From positions 129,845-193,844 of the IMG/VR virus record IMGVR_UViG_3300028666_000023: a stretch of DNA of 64,000 bases. One strand, written 5' to 3'. A program made the position numbers and the translations under genes. A model generated the notes under the pieces. That model saw only the letters and a list, made by a program, of their open reading frames with translations, made no database searches and had not been told where the DNA came from. Positions 26,441-35,847 of this stretch are shown piece by piece; position 1 is the first letter of the stretch, and the number at the start of each line of letters is the position of its first letter. Source of the stretch: a virus.

Positions 26441-26773
26441 TCAGTCCTCGATGATCTCGTAGAGGATGTCCCGCTCTTGGATGAGGGCGATGTCCTTGTC
26501 GATCTGCTGCAGGACGCGCTGGAGCGTCTTGCCGTTCAACGTCTCGAAGTTCGCGCGGAAGAACGCGACCTTCATCCCCGGCGTCGCCTCCATCGGGATG
26601 ATCTTCCCCTTCTTGGAGGTGCGGCCCGGACCCGTCTCCACGATGACGCCTGTTCGCACCGCGTCCTCCTGACTCGGCGGAACCCAGAGCTCTCCCGTCT
26701 TGGGCTCCGGAGGCTGGTCCAGCTTCACGACGATCCAGTCGTTGCGCGGGCGGACGGAGGAAGTGGCATTCAT
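26441..26773 (-). CDS. groES: Co-chaperonin GroES-like protein
   Basis: VRPRNDWIVVK, TGELWVP, GVIVETGPGR, LIQERDIL. Confidence 0.85.
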   Translation of the reverse strand: MNATSSVRPRNDWIVVKLDQPPEPKTGELWVPPSQEDAVRTGVIVETGPGRTSKKGKIIPMEATPGMKVAFFRANFETLNGKTLQRVLQQIDKDIALIQERDILYEIIED

Positions 26774-27129
26774 CCGATGTCCACCGAGTCGGTCGCCGGA
26801 ATGTCCTTCGGATCGACGGGCGCAGCGTCTGCCTTGAGCTTCTCTTGGATCTTGGAGAGCGCCTGCGCGAGCCACGTGTTCGGCGCGAGCGGCTTGAGCG
26901 TCGCGGCGAAGTTCTCCCCATTCGGCGGGAGGTACCACGTGCCGCTGGAGTCGAGCAGCGCGACGGTGCGGTGCTTGTTGCCTGCATCGTCCACGTACTC
27001 GATGGCGACGTTCTTCATCTCCATGTAGCCCGTCACCGAACGCGGCTGACCCGTGCCGGGCGAGAGCTGCCCCATCGGAATCCCCACGCCCACCGACCGC
27101 GCGCCCGCACCGCTTTCCATGTTAGACAT
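26770..27129 (-). CDS. Hypothetical protein
   Basis: ATG after AAGGAG. Confidence 0.65.
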   Translation of the reverse strand: MSNMESGAGARSVGVGIPMGQLSPGTGQPRSVTGYMEMKNVAIEYVDDAGNKHRTVALLDSSGTWYLPPNGENFAATLKPLAPNTWLAQALSKIQEKLKADAAPVDPKDIPATDSVDIG

Positions 27130-27841
27130 CGTCTTTCTCCTTGTTGTACTTGTCGAACTTGAGTTGTAGTTCCCGACGCCCAATCCAGGGACGGCCTTCG
27201 TTCCAGGGCCGCGGGAAGTAGAACGCTTCGAGCGTCGTGCGCTCCAGCAAGTAGCGCGTGCTGACGGAGCCCCAGCGCTCCCAACAGCGCACGAGGATGC
27301 GGCACTTGCACTTCTTCGCACATGCGAACGCTGTGCTGAAGATCTCCCCCACGCGGTCGGGGTCAGCCAAGAGGCCCGGTGTGGTGAAGGGGCTCCAGAA
27401 GCCGCAGCCTGGGCACTCGAGCTCGTGCGCGCGCACGCGGAAGTAGAGATCGTCGCCGAAAGCCTCTGCGAGGACATCGGTGCCGATATGGAGGGGGGCT
27501 GGAACGATCGGCACGTCGCGTTGTTTCGCGCGCCGCTCCGCCGTCGAAGGGCTCGCGGTGGTGTACGTCATCGCCGACACGGCGGCGACGGGGTCGTTGC
27601 GAATCAGCGCCACCGTCTCGGGGTCGAGCTTGTAGGGGACGAGGCCCTCTCGGTCGGTGCGCTCGATGAAGACGTCGACCTCGGGGAAGTGGCGGAGCTC
27701 GTCGCAGAGCCGGGAGATCATTTGCGGGAAGGACATGCCGGTGAAGCCACGCGTGTAGCGAACCACGCCGCCCTCTGACATGAGGATGCCACTCGAGGTC
27801 TCGGCGCCAGCGTCGCGCTTGTAGGAGAGGGTGATTTTCAC
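27122..27841 (-). CDS. Hypothetical protein with Cys motifs
   Basis: GTGA overlap; CPGC and CAKKC. Confidence 0.65.
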   Translation of the reverse strand: MKITLSYKRDAGAETSSGILMSEGGVVRYTRGFTGMSFPQMISRLCDELRHFPEVDVFIERTDREGLVPYKLDPETVALIRNDPVAAVSAMTYTTASPSTAERRAKQRDVPIVPAPLHIGTDVLAEAFGDDLYFRVRAHELECPGCGFWSPFTTPGLLADPDRVGEIFSTAFACAKKCKCRILVRCWERWGSVSTRYLLERTTLEAFYFPRPWNEGRPWIGRRELQLKFDKYNKEKDDV

Positions 27842-28317
27842 AGCGTCTTCTCCACGCGCGCGACGGCGCTCGACGGTCGAACGACGCGGTACGCGACCGC
27901 GCCATCGGGCGCAGCGCCGAGGTAGATCTTGGTGCCGTCCCAGAGCTCGAGGTACTCGACGAGCGCACGCGTCGAGCCGAGAACGTTCCTGCCTTGGATC
28001 TTGCGCATCGGCTGAGCGCGCATGAGCTCCGTGAGTGCCTCGACGGTGCAGTTCTGTTCGTCGGGGAAGCCGAGTCCCTCGAAGAGCTGGAAGGCTTCCT
28101 GCGCGGTGAGATCGCGGAGCTCCATCAACGAGAGGGCGCGGACGTCGGCCTCGTGCTCCAACATGCCGCGCATGCTCCCCTCGCATCGCGGGCAGATGTA
28201 CCTGTCCGGCCAGAAGTGGGAATGCCGCCCGATGAGAGAGTCGATCTCTCCCGCTTCCTTCACGCTCGGAAGTACGCGCACGGCGAGCGCGCACGGGATG
28301 CAGACGATGACGATCAT
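27838..28317 (-). CDS. Zinc-binding hypothetical protein
   Basis: CIPC and CPRC. Confidence 0.65.
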   Translation of the reverse strand: MIVIVCIPCALAVRVLPSVKEAGEIDSLIGRHSHFWPDRYICPRCEGSMRGMLEHEADVRALSLMELRDLTAQEAFQLFEGLGFPDEQNCTVEALTELMRAQPMRKIQGRNVLGSTRALVEYLELWDGTKIYLGAAPDGAVAYRVVRPSSAVARVEKTL

Positions 28318-28985
28318 ATAGAGCCGACCCCGTCTTCGTCCTGGTTGCTCTGCCCGACGATGGCTTGGGGATCTGCGGTGCCCTCGCGCGCCTGCACGAT
28401 GGGGTAACCGTACTCGTCCTTCGGCACGTGCTTCGAGAACGCGTTCGGGGTGATCTTCCCGTCCTTGATGAGCCGCTTGTAGTGCTGCGTGCTCACCGGT
28501 GCGACGTGGCCGTCGGGCAGCTGCGACTTGGGCTCTGGTGCAGGCGGCGGGACGAGCTGCTCCTTCACCAAGGCCATGGCGGCTTTCTCGGTGGTGCTGA
28601 GCGGCGCGGCCTTCTTTTTTTTGCCTGGCTTCTTCGCCGGTGTCTTCTTGGCCTGTGGTGCGACGTCGCCGCCGAACTCACGCACGACTTGGTGCTCCGT
28701 CTCTTCGATCACGACCGCTGGTGCTGGAGGTTCTTCCTCCTCCGCGGCGGGCTCGTCGTTGAAAGGCTCGTCCGGTTCGGTCACCACCTCACCACTCTCG
28801 ACATCGGCGGCTGCGGGAGGCGAACCGTTCTCGTCGATGTCCTCCGAGATGATCGCCGCGGCGACGTTCTCATCCACCGGTGCCCGCACACGACGGCCAC
28901 TCGGCAGCTCGAAGACAACGAACGTCATCGTCTTGCGCGAGCGGAGATTCATCTCCTGGAGAATCTGAACGACTTGGACTTGCAT
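28314..28985 (-). CDS. Hypothetical protein with acidic/Pro-rich linker
   Basis: TGATG coupling, MQVQVVQ. Confidence 0.65.
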   Translation of the reverse strand: MQVQVVQILQEMNLRSRKTMTFVVFELPSGRRVRAPVDENVAAAIISEDIDENGSPPAAADVESGEVVTEPDEPFNDEPAAEEEEPPAPAVVIEETEHQVVREFGGDVAPQAKKTPAKKPGKKKKAAPLSTTEKAAMALVKEQLVPPPAPEPKSQLPDGHVAPVSTQHYKRLIKDGKITPNAFSKHVPKDEYGYPIVQAREGTADPQAIVGQSNQDEDGVGSI

Positions 28986-29305
28986 CACCGCACCGGAGGA
29001 GGGGGCTGTTGGTTGGAACGGGCGCGATCGGCGTCGGCCGTCTTCTGTTTCTTCAAAAGCTCCCCGAGCTGTGAGGCGATGACGACGAGGTGCTTGCCGC
29101 TGCGATGCATCGACACGAGCTCCATGCAGTTGGCCCACTGCTGGTCTTTGTAGTCCGGGCCGTCGGGCGGAAGGATGAACGCCATGCATGCTGCGCTGCA
29201 CGGACGGTCGGCGTCCTTGAAGCAGTAGAGACCGGTCTCCTTGCGGATGTTCGGGTGATGGAGGTGCGGAGAGGCTTCCATGCCGGGAGGGATGTGCTGC
29301 GTCAT
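28985..29305 (-). CDS. Hypothetical Cys-rich protein
   Basis: ATGA overlap, MTQHIP. Confidence 0.6.
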   Translation of the reverse strand: MTQHIPPGMEASPHLHHPNIRKETGLYCFKDADRPCSAACMAFILPPDGPDYKDQQWANCMELVSMHRSGKHLVVIASQLGELLKKQKTADADRARSNQQPPPPVR

Positions 29306-29694
29306 ACGGACTTCTTCACCCTTTCTCGTTCGAGCTCCTGCCGCGTTTGCAAGATCGACGTGCAGACCGCGCGCGCAACGCCGCCCATGTACCTGGCGAA
29401 GACCTTCGGGTCCGGGGGCGTGTCGAGGAAGCCCCACTTCATGAGCACGGCGCCGAGGCCGATCGCGAGCGTCTCCATGGAGAGGAACGCGCGCATGTCG
29501 TTGAAGAAGTGTTTGAACGTCTCTTCCTGGCTCCCCATGTCGTGGGAGAAGTGGAAGGTCGCGAGGTCTTCGACCTTCCCCTTCCAGTTACAGATGTTGC
29601 AGGACGCATCCCCGCCTGCGAGCGGCGACGCTTTCACATCAGCGCCGCCACACGCGGGACAGAACCTTGCTTTGTCGTTGGTCGAAGTGTTCAT
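29302..29694 (-). CDS. Zinc-ribbon hypothetical protein
   Basis: CPAC and CNIC. Confidence 0.65.
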   Translation of the reverse strand: MNTSTNDKARFCPACGGADVKASPLAGGDASCNICNWKGKVEDLATFHFSHDMGSQEETFKHFFNDMRAFLSMETLAIGLGAVLMKWGFLDTPPDPKVFARYMGGVARAVCTSILQTRQELERERVKKSV

Positions 29695-30140
29695 ACGGGG
29701 ATCGTCTTGCCGAGCTTGTTGTAGAGGGCGTTCATGTCCTTCCGAGACCGCGGTGGACCGGAGCTCTCGATGACCTTCGTCTTGAGGCGGCTCCTAATCT
29801 TGTTCGGCTGACTCCAGAGCGGCGCGATGGAGAACCCACCGGCACCGCGCTTGATCTCATCCTGCAAGATCTTGATGGTGTCCTTCTTGTCTCGCTGCTT
29901 CGCAGTATCGAGCCAAGGGAACGCGGTCTTCATGTACTCATCGAAGGCGTTGGGCGCTTCCTCCTTGTTGATGAATGCGGTTGCGAGCGCTCTTAGGCGT
30001 GCGTGCTCCACGTACTCTCGCTTGAGCAGGAACGCCAAAAGGATAGACTCCCGAGGTGACCCTTTGGAGGGTGGCTCGCGCAGAGTCGCGAGCAGTAGAC
30101 CTGCTCGCGCCCAGCCCTCGGGGGTCTCTAGCCATTTCCC
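29691..30140 (-). CDS. Tail assembly chaperone -1 frameshift extension (gpGT-like)
   Basis: Frame is open from the GGGAAAT slippery site to 29691, with no good independent start. Confidence 0.65.
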   Translation of the reverse strand, partial: GKWLETPEGWARAGLLLATLREPPSKGSPRESILLAFLLKREYVEHARLRALATAFINKEEAPNAFDEYMKTAFPWLDTAKQRDKKDTIKILQDEIKRGAGGFSIAPLWSQPNKIRSRLKTKVIESSGPPRSRKDMNALYNKLGKTIPV

Positions 30141-31366
30141 AAGTTGTCCATCACGAAGAGCTTGCGAACTCGGATGTCGAACCAGAAGTAGTTCACACCG
30201 ATGCTCGCGAGCATGTGGAAGGGAAGCTTCACGACCCGCTGGAACTTCGCTTGGAAGAGGTCGGAGTCGAAGTGCCCCGTGGCATCGTGATAGTCCGGCA
30301 GCGGGTTGTTGTTGATCGCGTGGAGCCCCGCGGCGAGCGTCATGAGGGAGAACTTGTCGAGCAAGTAGCGCTCGCTGACCTCGACGCCTTGCGACTCCTT
30401 CATGATGAGGCGCTTCAACTCGAGGTCGTCGTCGCCGCTGAGCGAAGCGAACGTCGCCTCGAACTTGCCCGGGATGATGGGCACACGCTGCGTGACGAAG
30501 TTCTGCACGATGAGGTCGTCGATGGCCATCGGCGTGCAGCGTGACTCGATGATCTTCCTCTGGTCCTCGTTGTTGATGATGTCCTTCATCATCACTTCGC
30601 GGAGGGTGTTGAGGTCGAAGTCGTCCATGTTCTTGGCGACCTCGGCGATCGTCTTTGCCGGATTCGCGTCCGCCACCGGACCGTCCTTGGGAGAGTTGCC
30701 CAAGCGACCTGCTGCGCCGGCCGGTCCCGCGGCTGCTTCGTTCATCACGCGCTTCTCGTCCTCTGCGCGCTGCGCTGCATTGGGATCGCCACCCTGTTGG
30801 AGCGCGGCAAGCTTCTGCCAGTCCTCCATCGAGGTCTTCTTCGGCGCGCCCGCGGGACCACCGCTGGCAATCTGCTGCGGCAGGAGCCTCTGCTTCCCGC
30901 GGATGATGCCGTACTTGTACGCGAGCGCTGGTTGCGCGACTGCGTACATCGAGCCGTGCCCGTTCTGGAACGCGGGGTCCTTTCGCGCTTCTTCCGGCAG
31001 AAGGTCTGCGGGGAGAAGACCGGGAGGGAGCGCGGTGGGAGAGGGCTTGGCAGGGGTGGGCGAAGCGATCGCGCCGACCGGCGCAGCGCCTTGGAAGATC
31101 GAGCTCGGCGCTTGGCCCTGGTGACGCTCTCGGTTGGCTTGGTCGGCCATCGGGAGATTCCCGCTGGGCTCAGCGTCGAGGCGCGGGATGGGGGGCGTGG
31201 GACCTCCCGCAGTGGGCGTTTGGTACTTCGGCGGACCGCGGCGCGCGGCCATGTCCGCGGCGTGTTTGATCGCCCGCGGGTCGGTGACACCTGGCGCGAT
31301 GACCGGCGGCCCGAAGGTCGTCGGATTCGCAAGGTCTTTCTTCACTTCGGGGTCGTCGCGTTTCAT
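30128..31366 (-). CDS. Tail assembly chaperone (gpG-like) with long Pro-rich N-terminus
   Basis: Ends TTG GGA AAT GGC TAG, containing an X XXY YYZ heptamer. Confidence 0.6.
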   Translation of the reverse strand: MKRDDPEVKKDLANPTTFGPPVIAPGVTDPRAIKHAADMAARRGPPKYQTPTAGGPTPPIPRLDAEPSGNLPMADQANRERHQGQAPSSIFQGAAPVGAIASPTPAKPSPTALPPGLLPADLLPEEARKDPAFQNGHGSMYAVAQPALAYKYGIIRGKQRLLPQQIASGGPAGAPKKTSMEDWQKLAALQQGGDPNAAQRAEDEKRVMNEAAAGPAGAAGRLGNSPKDGPVADANPAKTIAEVAKNMDDFDLNTLREVMMKDIINNEDQRKIIESRCTPMAIDDLIVQNFVTQRVPIIPGKFEATFASLSGDDDLELKRLIMKESQGVEVSERYLLDKFSLMTLAAGLHAINNNPLPDYHDATGHFDSDLFQAKFQRVVKLPFHMLASIGVNYFWFDIRVRKLFVMDNLGNG

Positions 31367-31439
31367 TCGACTCCTTGTACGCCGGATGTACGTCTAATGT
31401 ACATCGCGGAGGGTTGAGTAGCTAGAAAAAAGAAGTGGG

Positions 31440-31826
31440 TCAGCTGACCTGCTTCATGAACGTGTCGAGGAGCTCCTCGCGCGTGAGACCGTCTGGGACC
31501 TTGTCGAGGTGCCCGAGCCAGAGGTCGCGGATGGTCGGCGGCGCGGCGTGGGGGACGTAGGTCCCGCGCTTGATGAGGATGTGGAGGCCCTTGCCGACGA
31601 TCGTGTTCTGCCCCTCGCGGTTGCGAAAGAACGAGTCGAGCGGGAAGAGGTCCTGCAGGAGCATCCCCTGAAGAACGAGCAGGCCCGCTGCCTGCGAGAG
31701 CAGGAGCTCGGGGATGAAGATCTGCGTCCAGGCGAACGGTTCTACGAAGCGCTGCATGTGGAGCTCGCGCGTCTTGGCGATGTGGCCATTCCATCCACCG
31801 CCGACGAGCTCGATGCACGAGGCCAT
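31440..31826 (-). CDS. Hypothetical protein
   Basis: TGATG coupling, MASCIEL. Confidence 0.6.
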   Translation of the reverse strand: MASCIELVGGGWNGHIAKTRELHMQRFVEPFAWTQIFIPELLLSQAAGLLVLQGMLLQDLFPLDSFFRNREGQNTIVGKGLHILIKRGTYVPHAAPPTIRDLWLGHLDKVPDGLTREELLDTFMKQVS

Positions 31827-32080
31827 CACTCGCTCGGAATCTTGTTCCACCCGACGGGGCCCGTGGGCTTCTTCGGCTCGGGGGCTTTCACGATCTTCAT
31901 CTTGTGGCGCTTGCACATCGGACAACGAGCGACTGCTGGGCATGACGAATCCTCCGGCACGATCATTCCGAGCGTCCACCCAGCGTTCACCGGATGCTCG
32001 ATTGTGAGCTTGCCGCAGCAGCCCGGATGCGAGCACTGGAGAACGAACTCCTGGAAGATCGGGTTGACGAGTTTAGGCAC
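31826..32080 (-). CDS. Small zinc-binding protein
   Basis: CSHPGC and CPMC. Confidence 0.6.
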   Translation of the reverse strand: MPKLVNPIFQEFVLQCSHPGCCGKLTIEHPVNAGWTLGMIVPEDSSCPAVARCPMCKRHKMKIVKAPEPKKPTGPVGWNKIPSE

Positions 32081-32414
32081 CGCTGCCTTCTTTCTTTCGA
32101 GCTTCTTTTCGCTCGGCGAGTTGAACGATCGCCTCGAGTACTTCTTTCTTCGAAGCATCTGGCGCGAGGCCGGTGTCGCTCAAGTGCAGCTTCTGCTCGC
32201 ACGCGGCGACGCGGATGGCCTCGCGCAGGAGGAGCTGCAGCATCTTGAGCTCGTTCGAGAGGCGCGATTCGACACGCTCTGCGATCGCACAGCAGTTCCC
32301 ACAGAGGAAGACGCCGTCGAAGAACTTCGCCACCTCGGGGCGAACGTTCTTCCGGCAGTTCACGCACGGGAGGCCTTCAGCGACTCGAGGGTCCACGCCA
32401 GCGCACCTGTCCAT
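32073..32414 (-). CDS. Zinc-binding hypothetical protein
   Basis: CVNC and CGNC. Confidence 0.6.
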   Translation of the reverse strand: MDRCAGVDPRVAEGLPCVNCRKNVRPEVAKFFDGVFLCGNCCAIAERVESRLSNELKMLQLLLREAIRVAACEQKLHLSDTGLAPDASKKEVLEAIVQLAERKEARKKEGSGA

Positions 32415-32604
32415 CGAAGGAGAGAGTTTTCACGATGCGGTTCGGCAAAGTGAGGCAGGCGTTGCTGACGTTGACGAGCGTCAGCTGCCCTTCGTTCCAC
32501 GCGCCGCGCATGATCTCCTGCTCAAGAAGCTGGCGCGGCATATCGGGAAAGACATACCGCGCACCAAGCAGCGTTTCAATCTCCACGCTCGTGAGGTCAG
32601 CCAT
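32377..32604 (-). CDS. Hypothetical protein
   Basis: Operon ORF. Confidence 0.55.
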   Translation of the reverse strand: MADLTSVEIETLLGARYVFPDMPRQLLEQEIMRGAWNEGQLTLVNVSNACLTLPNRIVKTLSFDGQVRWRGPSSR

Positions 32605-32833
32605 CCTTCAACCACTCCCCCAGGCCGGCCGAGGGCTCGGCGAAGGCCTGTCGGTCGCGGAGCAGTGCAGCATCGCGATCGAGCTTGTTGTGGAGCTCCC
32701 GCAGCTGAGCGCAGAGAGCCGCGAGATCGTCCGAGAGATACTCCGTTGAGTGGTCGACCACGAGCTGTGCCTGCACGACCGCTGCCTCGGCGATCTTCAG
32801 CTGCTCTCGAATGGTCTGCTCGCTCGAGGTCAT
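32597..32833 (-). CDS. Small coiled-coil protein
   Basis: ATGA overlap. Confidence 0.55.
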   Translation of the reverse strand: MTSSEQTIREQLKIAEAAVVQAQLVVDHSTEYLSDDLAALCAQLRELHNKLDRDAALLRDRQAFAEPSAGLGEWLKDG

Positions 32834-33324
32834 GCCCAAAGCTCACCACGAAGGATCTTGCTGACGACGGTCTGCGTGATGCCGAACCTCTGTGCGAGCT
32901 CCTTCTGTGTGGGACCACTACGTGTTGTTCCTCGTCCTCCACGAACGTAGAGGGCACGAATGTGCTGGGCGTCCTTCTCCATCAGCTTGGAGTTGCCGTT
33001 CTGTTCCCCAGTAGCCGGTGCGGTAGGACCACCGCGGTAAGTGCGCCCCTTTCGTGCCTTGTCGGTCATGTTGTCTTGCGCCGAACCAATGAACAGATGG
33101 TCGTGGCGGACACAGGGTGGGTTGTCACATCTGTGCAGAACGGACATGCCTTCTGGGATTGGTCCGTTCTCCAACTCCCAAGCCACGCGATGCGCTCCCA
33201 GCTGCCGACCGCTCAACTTGAACTGCCCGTAACCTGCTCGGTTACACGCACCGGACCAGGTCCAACAGCCCGCGCTCTTCCGGACCTTGGCCCAAAAGCG
33301 TTCCGCGTGGTCAGGGGTTGACAA
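32830..33324 (-). CDS. HNH homing endonuclease (HNH_3 type) with C-terminal HTH
   Basis: RFWAKV...CWTW...GYGQF...AHRVAWEL...VLHRCDNPPCV...HLFIGSAQDN; TQKELAQRFGITQTVVSKI. Confidence 0.9.
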   Translation of the reverse strand: MSTPDHAERFWAKVRKSAGCWTWSGACNRAGYGQFKLSGRQLGAHRVAWELENGPIPEGMSVLHRCDNPPCVRHDHLFIGSAQDNMTDKARKGRTYRGGPTAPATGEQNGNSKLMEKDAQHIRALYVRGGRGTTRSGPTQKELAQRFGITQTVVSKILRGELWA

Positions 33325-33718
33325 AGAAATCCTCCAATTTGCTCCAGCCGACGAGGCCGGCGGGATCTTGGGTGACCATGATGTTGACCGCGTTGGAGGT
33401 CCGCGCGGCGACCAGGGCAATCACGTCGGACTTCGCGATGGGCCGCGTGAGCAGCTGCAAGAAGTACTGCAGCGACGGCGGCCACGTCTCCGGAAAGCGG
33501 ATGCCCGGCGGCAGCGGCGCCGTCGGGTCCTGCCACCGGATGAAAAGCGAGGACCGCGTGATGTCGTTGTCCTGCTCGATCTCCAACAAGAACGCGTCGA
33601 GCACGTTCGCCTGCTGCTGGTCGATGGAGTTGTCTGGGTTGACGGTACTCCGCCGCGCGAGCGAGATGAGCGCTTCGTACTGTTCCAGCGTCAGGGAGAT
33701 CGAGCTCGGTGCGGTCAT
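33311..33718 (-). CDS. Hypothetical protein
   Basis: TACTTT 6 nt upstream of ATG. Confidence 0.7.
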   Translation of the reverse strand: MTAPSSISLTLEQYEALISLARRSTVNPDNSIDQQQANVLDAFLLEIEQDNDITRSSLFIRWQDPTAPLPPGIRFPETWPPSLQYFLQLLTRPIAKSDVIALVAARTSNAVNIMVTQDPAGLVGWSKLEDFFVNP

Positions 33719-33730
33719 GGTGGGAAAGTA

Positions 33731-34396
33731 CTACCGAACCGCGTCGAGAGCTATGCCGACGTGGACGGCCAGGTCCTCGAGCGACGCGTTGTTCTCGAGG
33801 ACGATGCGGAACAGCTTCTCGTCGATGCCGAGCAGCTCCGTCTCGCTCCGATGCTGGCCCGCCGTGCCGCCCAAGCCCGCGACGTTGCGCGTCAGCTTCC
33901 ACACCATCCCACCGGCTGCGCGGATGGCATCGACCTCGTTCTGGAAGCGGACGTCGGAGATGACGACGCCGGCGGCGGTCGATTCCACCAGCGAGGGACG
34001 AAGTCCTTGCTGCGCGGTGTACCTGACCGCGCCGAGGTCGCCGACAGCGAGCAGCGTCTTCGCGACGCGGAGCGCGTAGTCGACCCACACATTCGGGTAG
34101 CAGTTGCGCCCCCACTCGGAGCCGAGCTGCTGGAGGGCGAAGCGCGGCGTGAGGTACTCGTCGCCGATGTGGTCGAGGAACTCGTTCTCGATCTTGCGCC
34201 GGAGGTACCGCTCGTCGGGCGCGTTACGCTTCTCGCTCGGGCCCCAGAGCTGCTCGTCGGTGAAGGCGAAGACGTCCTTGCAGATGCGCTTGAGCGGATC
34301 TGCGAACGCGACCTTCACGAAGTTGTGGTCCCGGACGAAGATGTCCGCGACCGTGTCTTTGCCGCTGCCGGCCACTCCCAAAAGTCCGATGATCAT
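33731..34396 (-). CDS. Deoxynucleoside monophosphate kinase
   Basis: IIGLLGVAGSGKDT P-loop, FADPLK, TPRFALQQLGSEWGR, VISDVRFQNE, HRSE. Confidence 0.9.
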   Translation of the reverse strand: MIIGLLGVAGSGKDTVADIFVRDHNFVKVAFADPLKRICKDVFAFTDEQLWGPSEKRNAPDERYLRRKIENEFLDHIGDEYLTPRFALQQLGSEWGRNCYPNVWVDYALRVAKTLLAVGDLGAVRYTAQQGLRPSLVESTAAGVVISDVRFQNEVDAIRAAGGMVWKLTRNVAGLGGTAGQHRSETELLGIDEKLFRIVLENNASLEDLAVHVGIALDAVR

Positions 34397-34648
34397 CTAG
34401 TCCCACCTGTCGTTGTCGAACGCGTCGCCACGCGAGCGTTCTTCATCGTCTTCGATCTTCTCCATCGCTGACTTCGCGACGAACTTCCAGCCCTCGTAGA
34501 GAACAGCTGGGTGCCCGACTTGGACACCCAGCTTCTTTGCGTAGTCGAACGCCCAGTCCGGGACGCCGTCCTTCCACGCGCTGTGCTCGTCGAGGTACTT
34601 CAAGTCTTCGAAGACCTCTTCGTAATCCGGCTCGCTCGCCGCGCTCAT
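34397..34648 (-). CDS. Hypothetical protein
   Basis: Operon ORF, MSAASEP. Confidence 0.6.
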   Translation of the reverse strand: MSAASEPDYEEVFEDLKYLDEHSAWKDGVPDWAFDYAKKLGVQVGHPAVLYEGWKFVAKSAMEKIEDDEERSRGDAFDNDRWD

Positions 34649-34968
34649 CCCGCCTTCAGCTCTTTTGCGCGGGCGGGTGGTGGCGTCCAGCCCGCCTCGA
34701 GCGCTTTCTTTTCCCACGACTGCAACCCCTTCGGTTTTACCGGGAACGCTCCGGTGAACCGGCAGTGATAACACGTGGCGGTCGGACACGGATTGCTGTA
34801 CGTCGTGCCGTGGTCCTTCTCCTCGGAGGCCGGGTTGTCCTCGGGATCACACTCGCAGATGAACCCCTCGCATTCATCGAGGGAGCGGTACTTGCACTCT
34901 CCCTTGCCGTGTCCGTGCGGCTCGGCGCCGCACTTCGGACACTTGAACTCGAAGGCGAGCTCGCCCAT
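34645..34968 (-). CDS. Cys-rich hypothetical protein
   Basis: Multiple CxxC. Confidence 0.6.
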   Translation of the reverse strand: MGELAFEFKCPKCGAEPHGHGKGECKYRSLDECEGFICECDPEDNPASEEKDHGTTYSNPCPTATCYHCRFTGAFPVKPKGLQSWEKKALEAGWTPPPARAKELKAG

Positions 34969-35354
34969 CAGTGCTTGCCCTTGCCGACCGCGTAAGCCTG
35001 CGAGGTGTTCGTGAAGCGCTCTTTCCAACCCCAGTCGTCCATCACGTACTGCGAGTACTCCTGCGTCGTGATGATGACCGTCTTGTCGATGCTCATCTTG
35101 AGCATGCCGACGACGCGGTCGTAGTCCTTCGTATGGTCTTCGGGAACGTCGAGCTGGATGAAGTGCGGAACTTCCTCGTCGGACTCCGCGAGGGCGAGCT
35201 TCTTCTTGAGGTCCTCGAGGAGCGCGCGGCGGTAGCCGGCGTGCGCTTCTTTGAAGTCCGTCTCGTGCTGAGCGCGGTTCTTCTGGAGCTCTTTGATGAG
35301 GTCGTCCTTGTTCACTTCGATGTGCTGGATGCCTTTGACGGTGTCAGGAGCCAT
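34968..35354 (-). CDS. Hypothetical protein
   Basis: MAPDTVKG; PEDHTKDYDRVVGML motif. Confidence 0.7.
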   Translation of the reverse strand: MAPDTVKGIQHIEVNKDDLIKELQKNRAQHETDFKEAHAGYRRALLEDLKKKLALAESDEEVPHFIQLDVPEDHTKDYDRVVGMLKMSIDKTVIITTQEYSQYVMDDWGWKERFTNTSQAYAVGKGKH

Positions 35355-35847
35355 GGGTCTTGTCCTTGTTGTACTGGAGGAGGGCATCGCGCGAGCGGGC
35401 CCAAGCTGCAGAGAGGTCGGTGTCGTCGGAGAGGAAGTGGTACGTCTGGATGGAGTTCGCCTCGAAGAGCACGAGGGAGTCGCGGAGGCGGTAGTCGTTT
35501 CGGTAGACGACCTTCTGTACGCCGCCGAGGTTGATGAGACGCTTCGCACACATGATGCAGGGCATGTGCGTGCAGAAGACGATCTTCTCGGTGCTGCGGG
35601 GGACGTCGCAGTTGATGACCGCGTTCTCCTCCGCATGGAGACAGCCGCAGTTGCCGACGGCTGCTTCGCCGTGGCGATCGCAGTCGTTCTTGCCGCCGGC
35701 GACGTTGCCGTTGTACCCAACAGCGAGCACCTTGCGGGCATCGGGCGTCACGATCGCGCAGCCCACCTGGAGCCGCACGCAGGTCGAGCGCTCTGCCATC
35801 ATCTCGGCGAGGCGCATGTAGATGTGTTGGAAAGACGGACGGGACAT
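35344..35847 (-). CDS. dCMP deaminase
   Basis: RSTC..LQVG, GYNG, HAEENA, PCIMC zinc motifs. Confidence 0.92.
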   Translation of the reverse strand: MSRPSFQHIYMRLAEMMAERSTCVRLQVGCAIVTPDARKVLAVGYNGNVAGGKNDCDRHGEAAVGNCGCLHAEENAVINCDVPRSTEKIVFCTHMPCIMCAKRLINLGGVQKVVYRNDYRLRDSLVLFEANSIQTYHFLSDDTDLSAAWARSRDALLQYNKDKTHGS

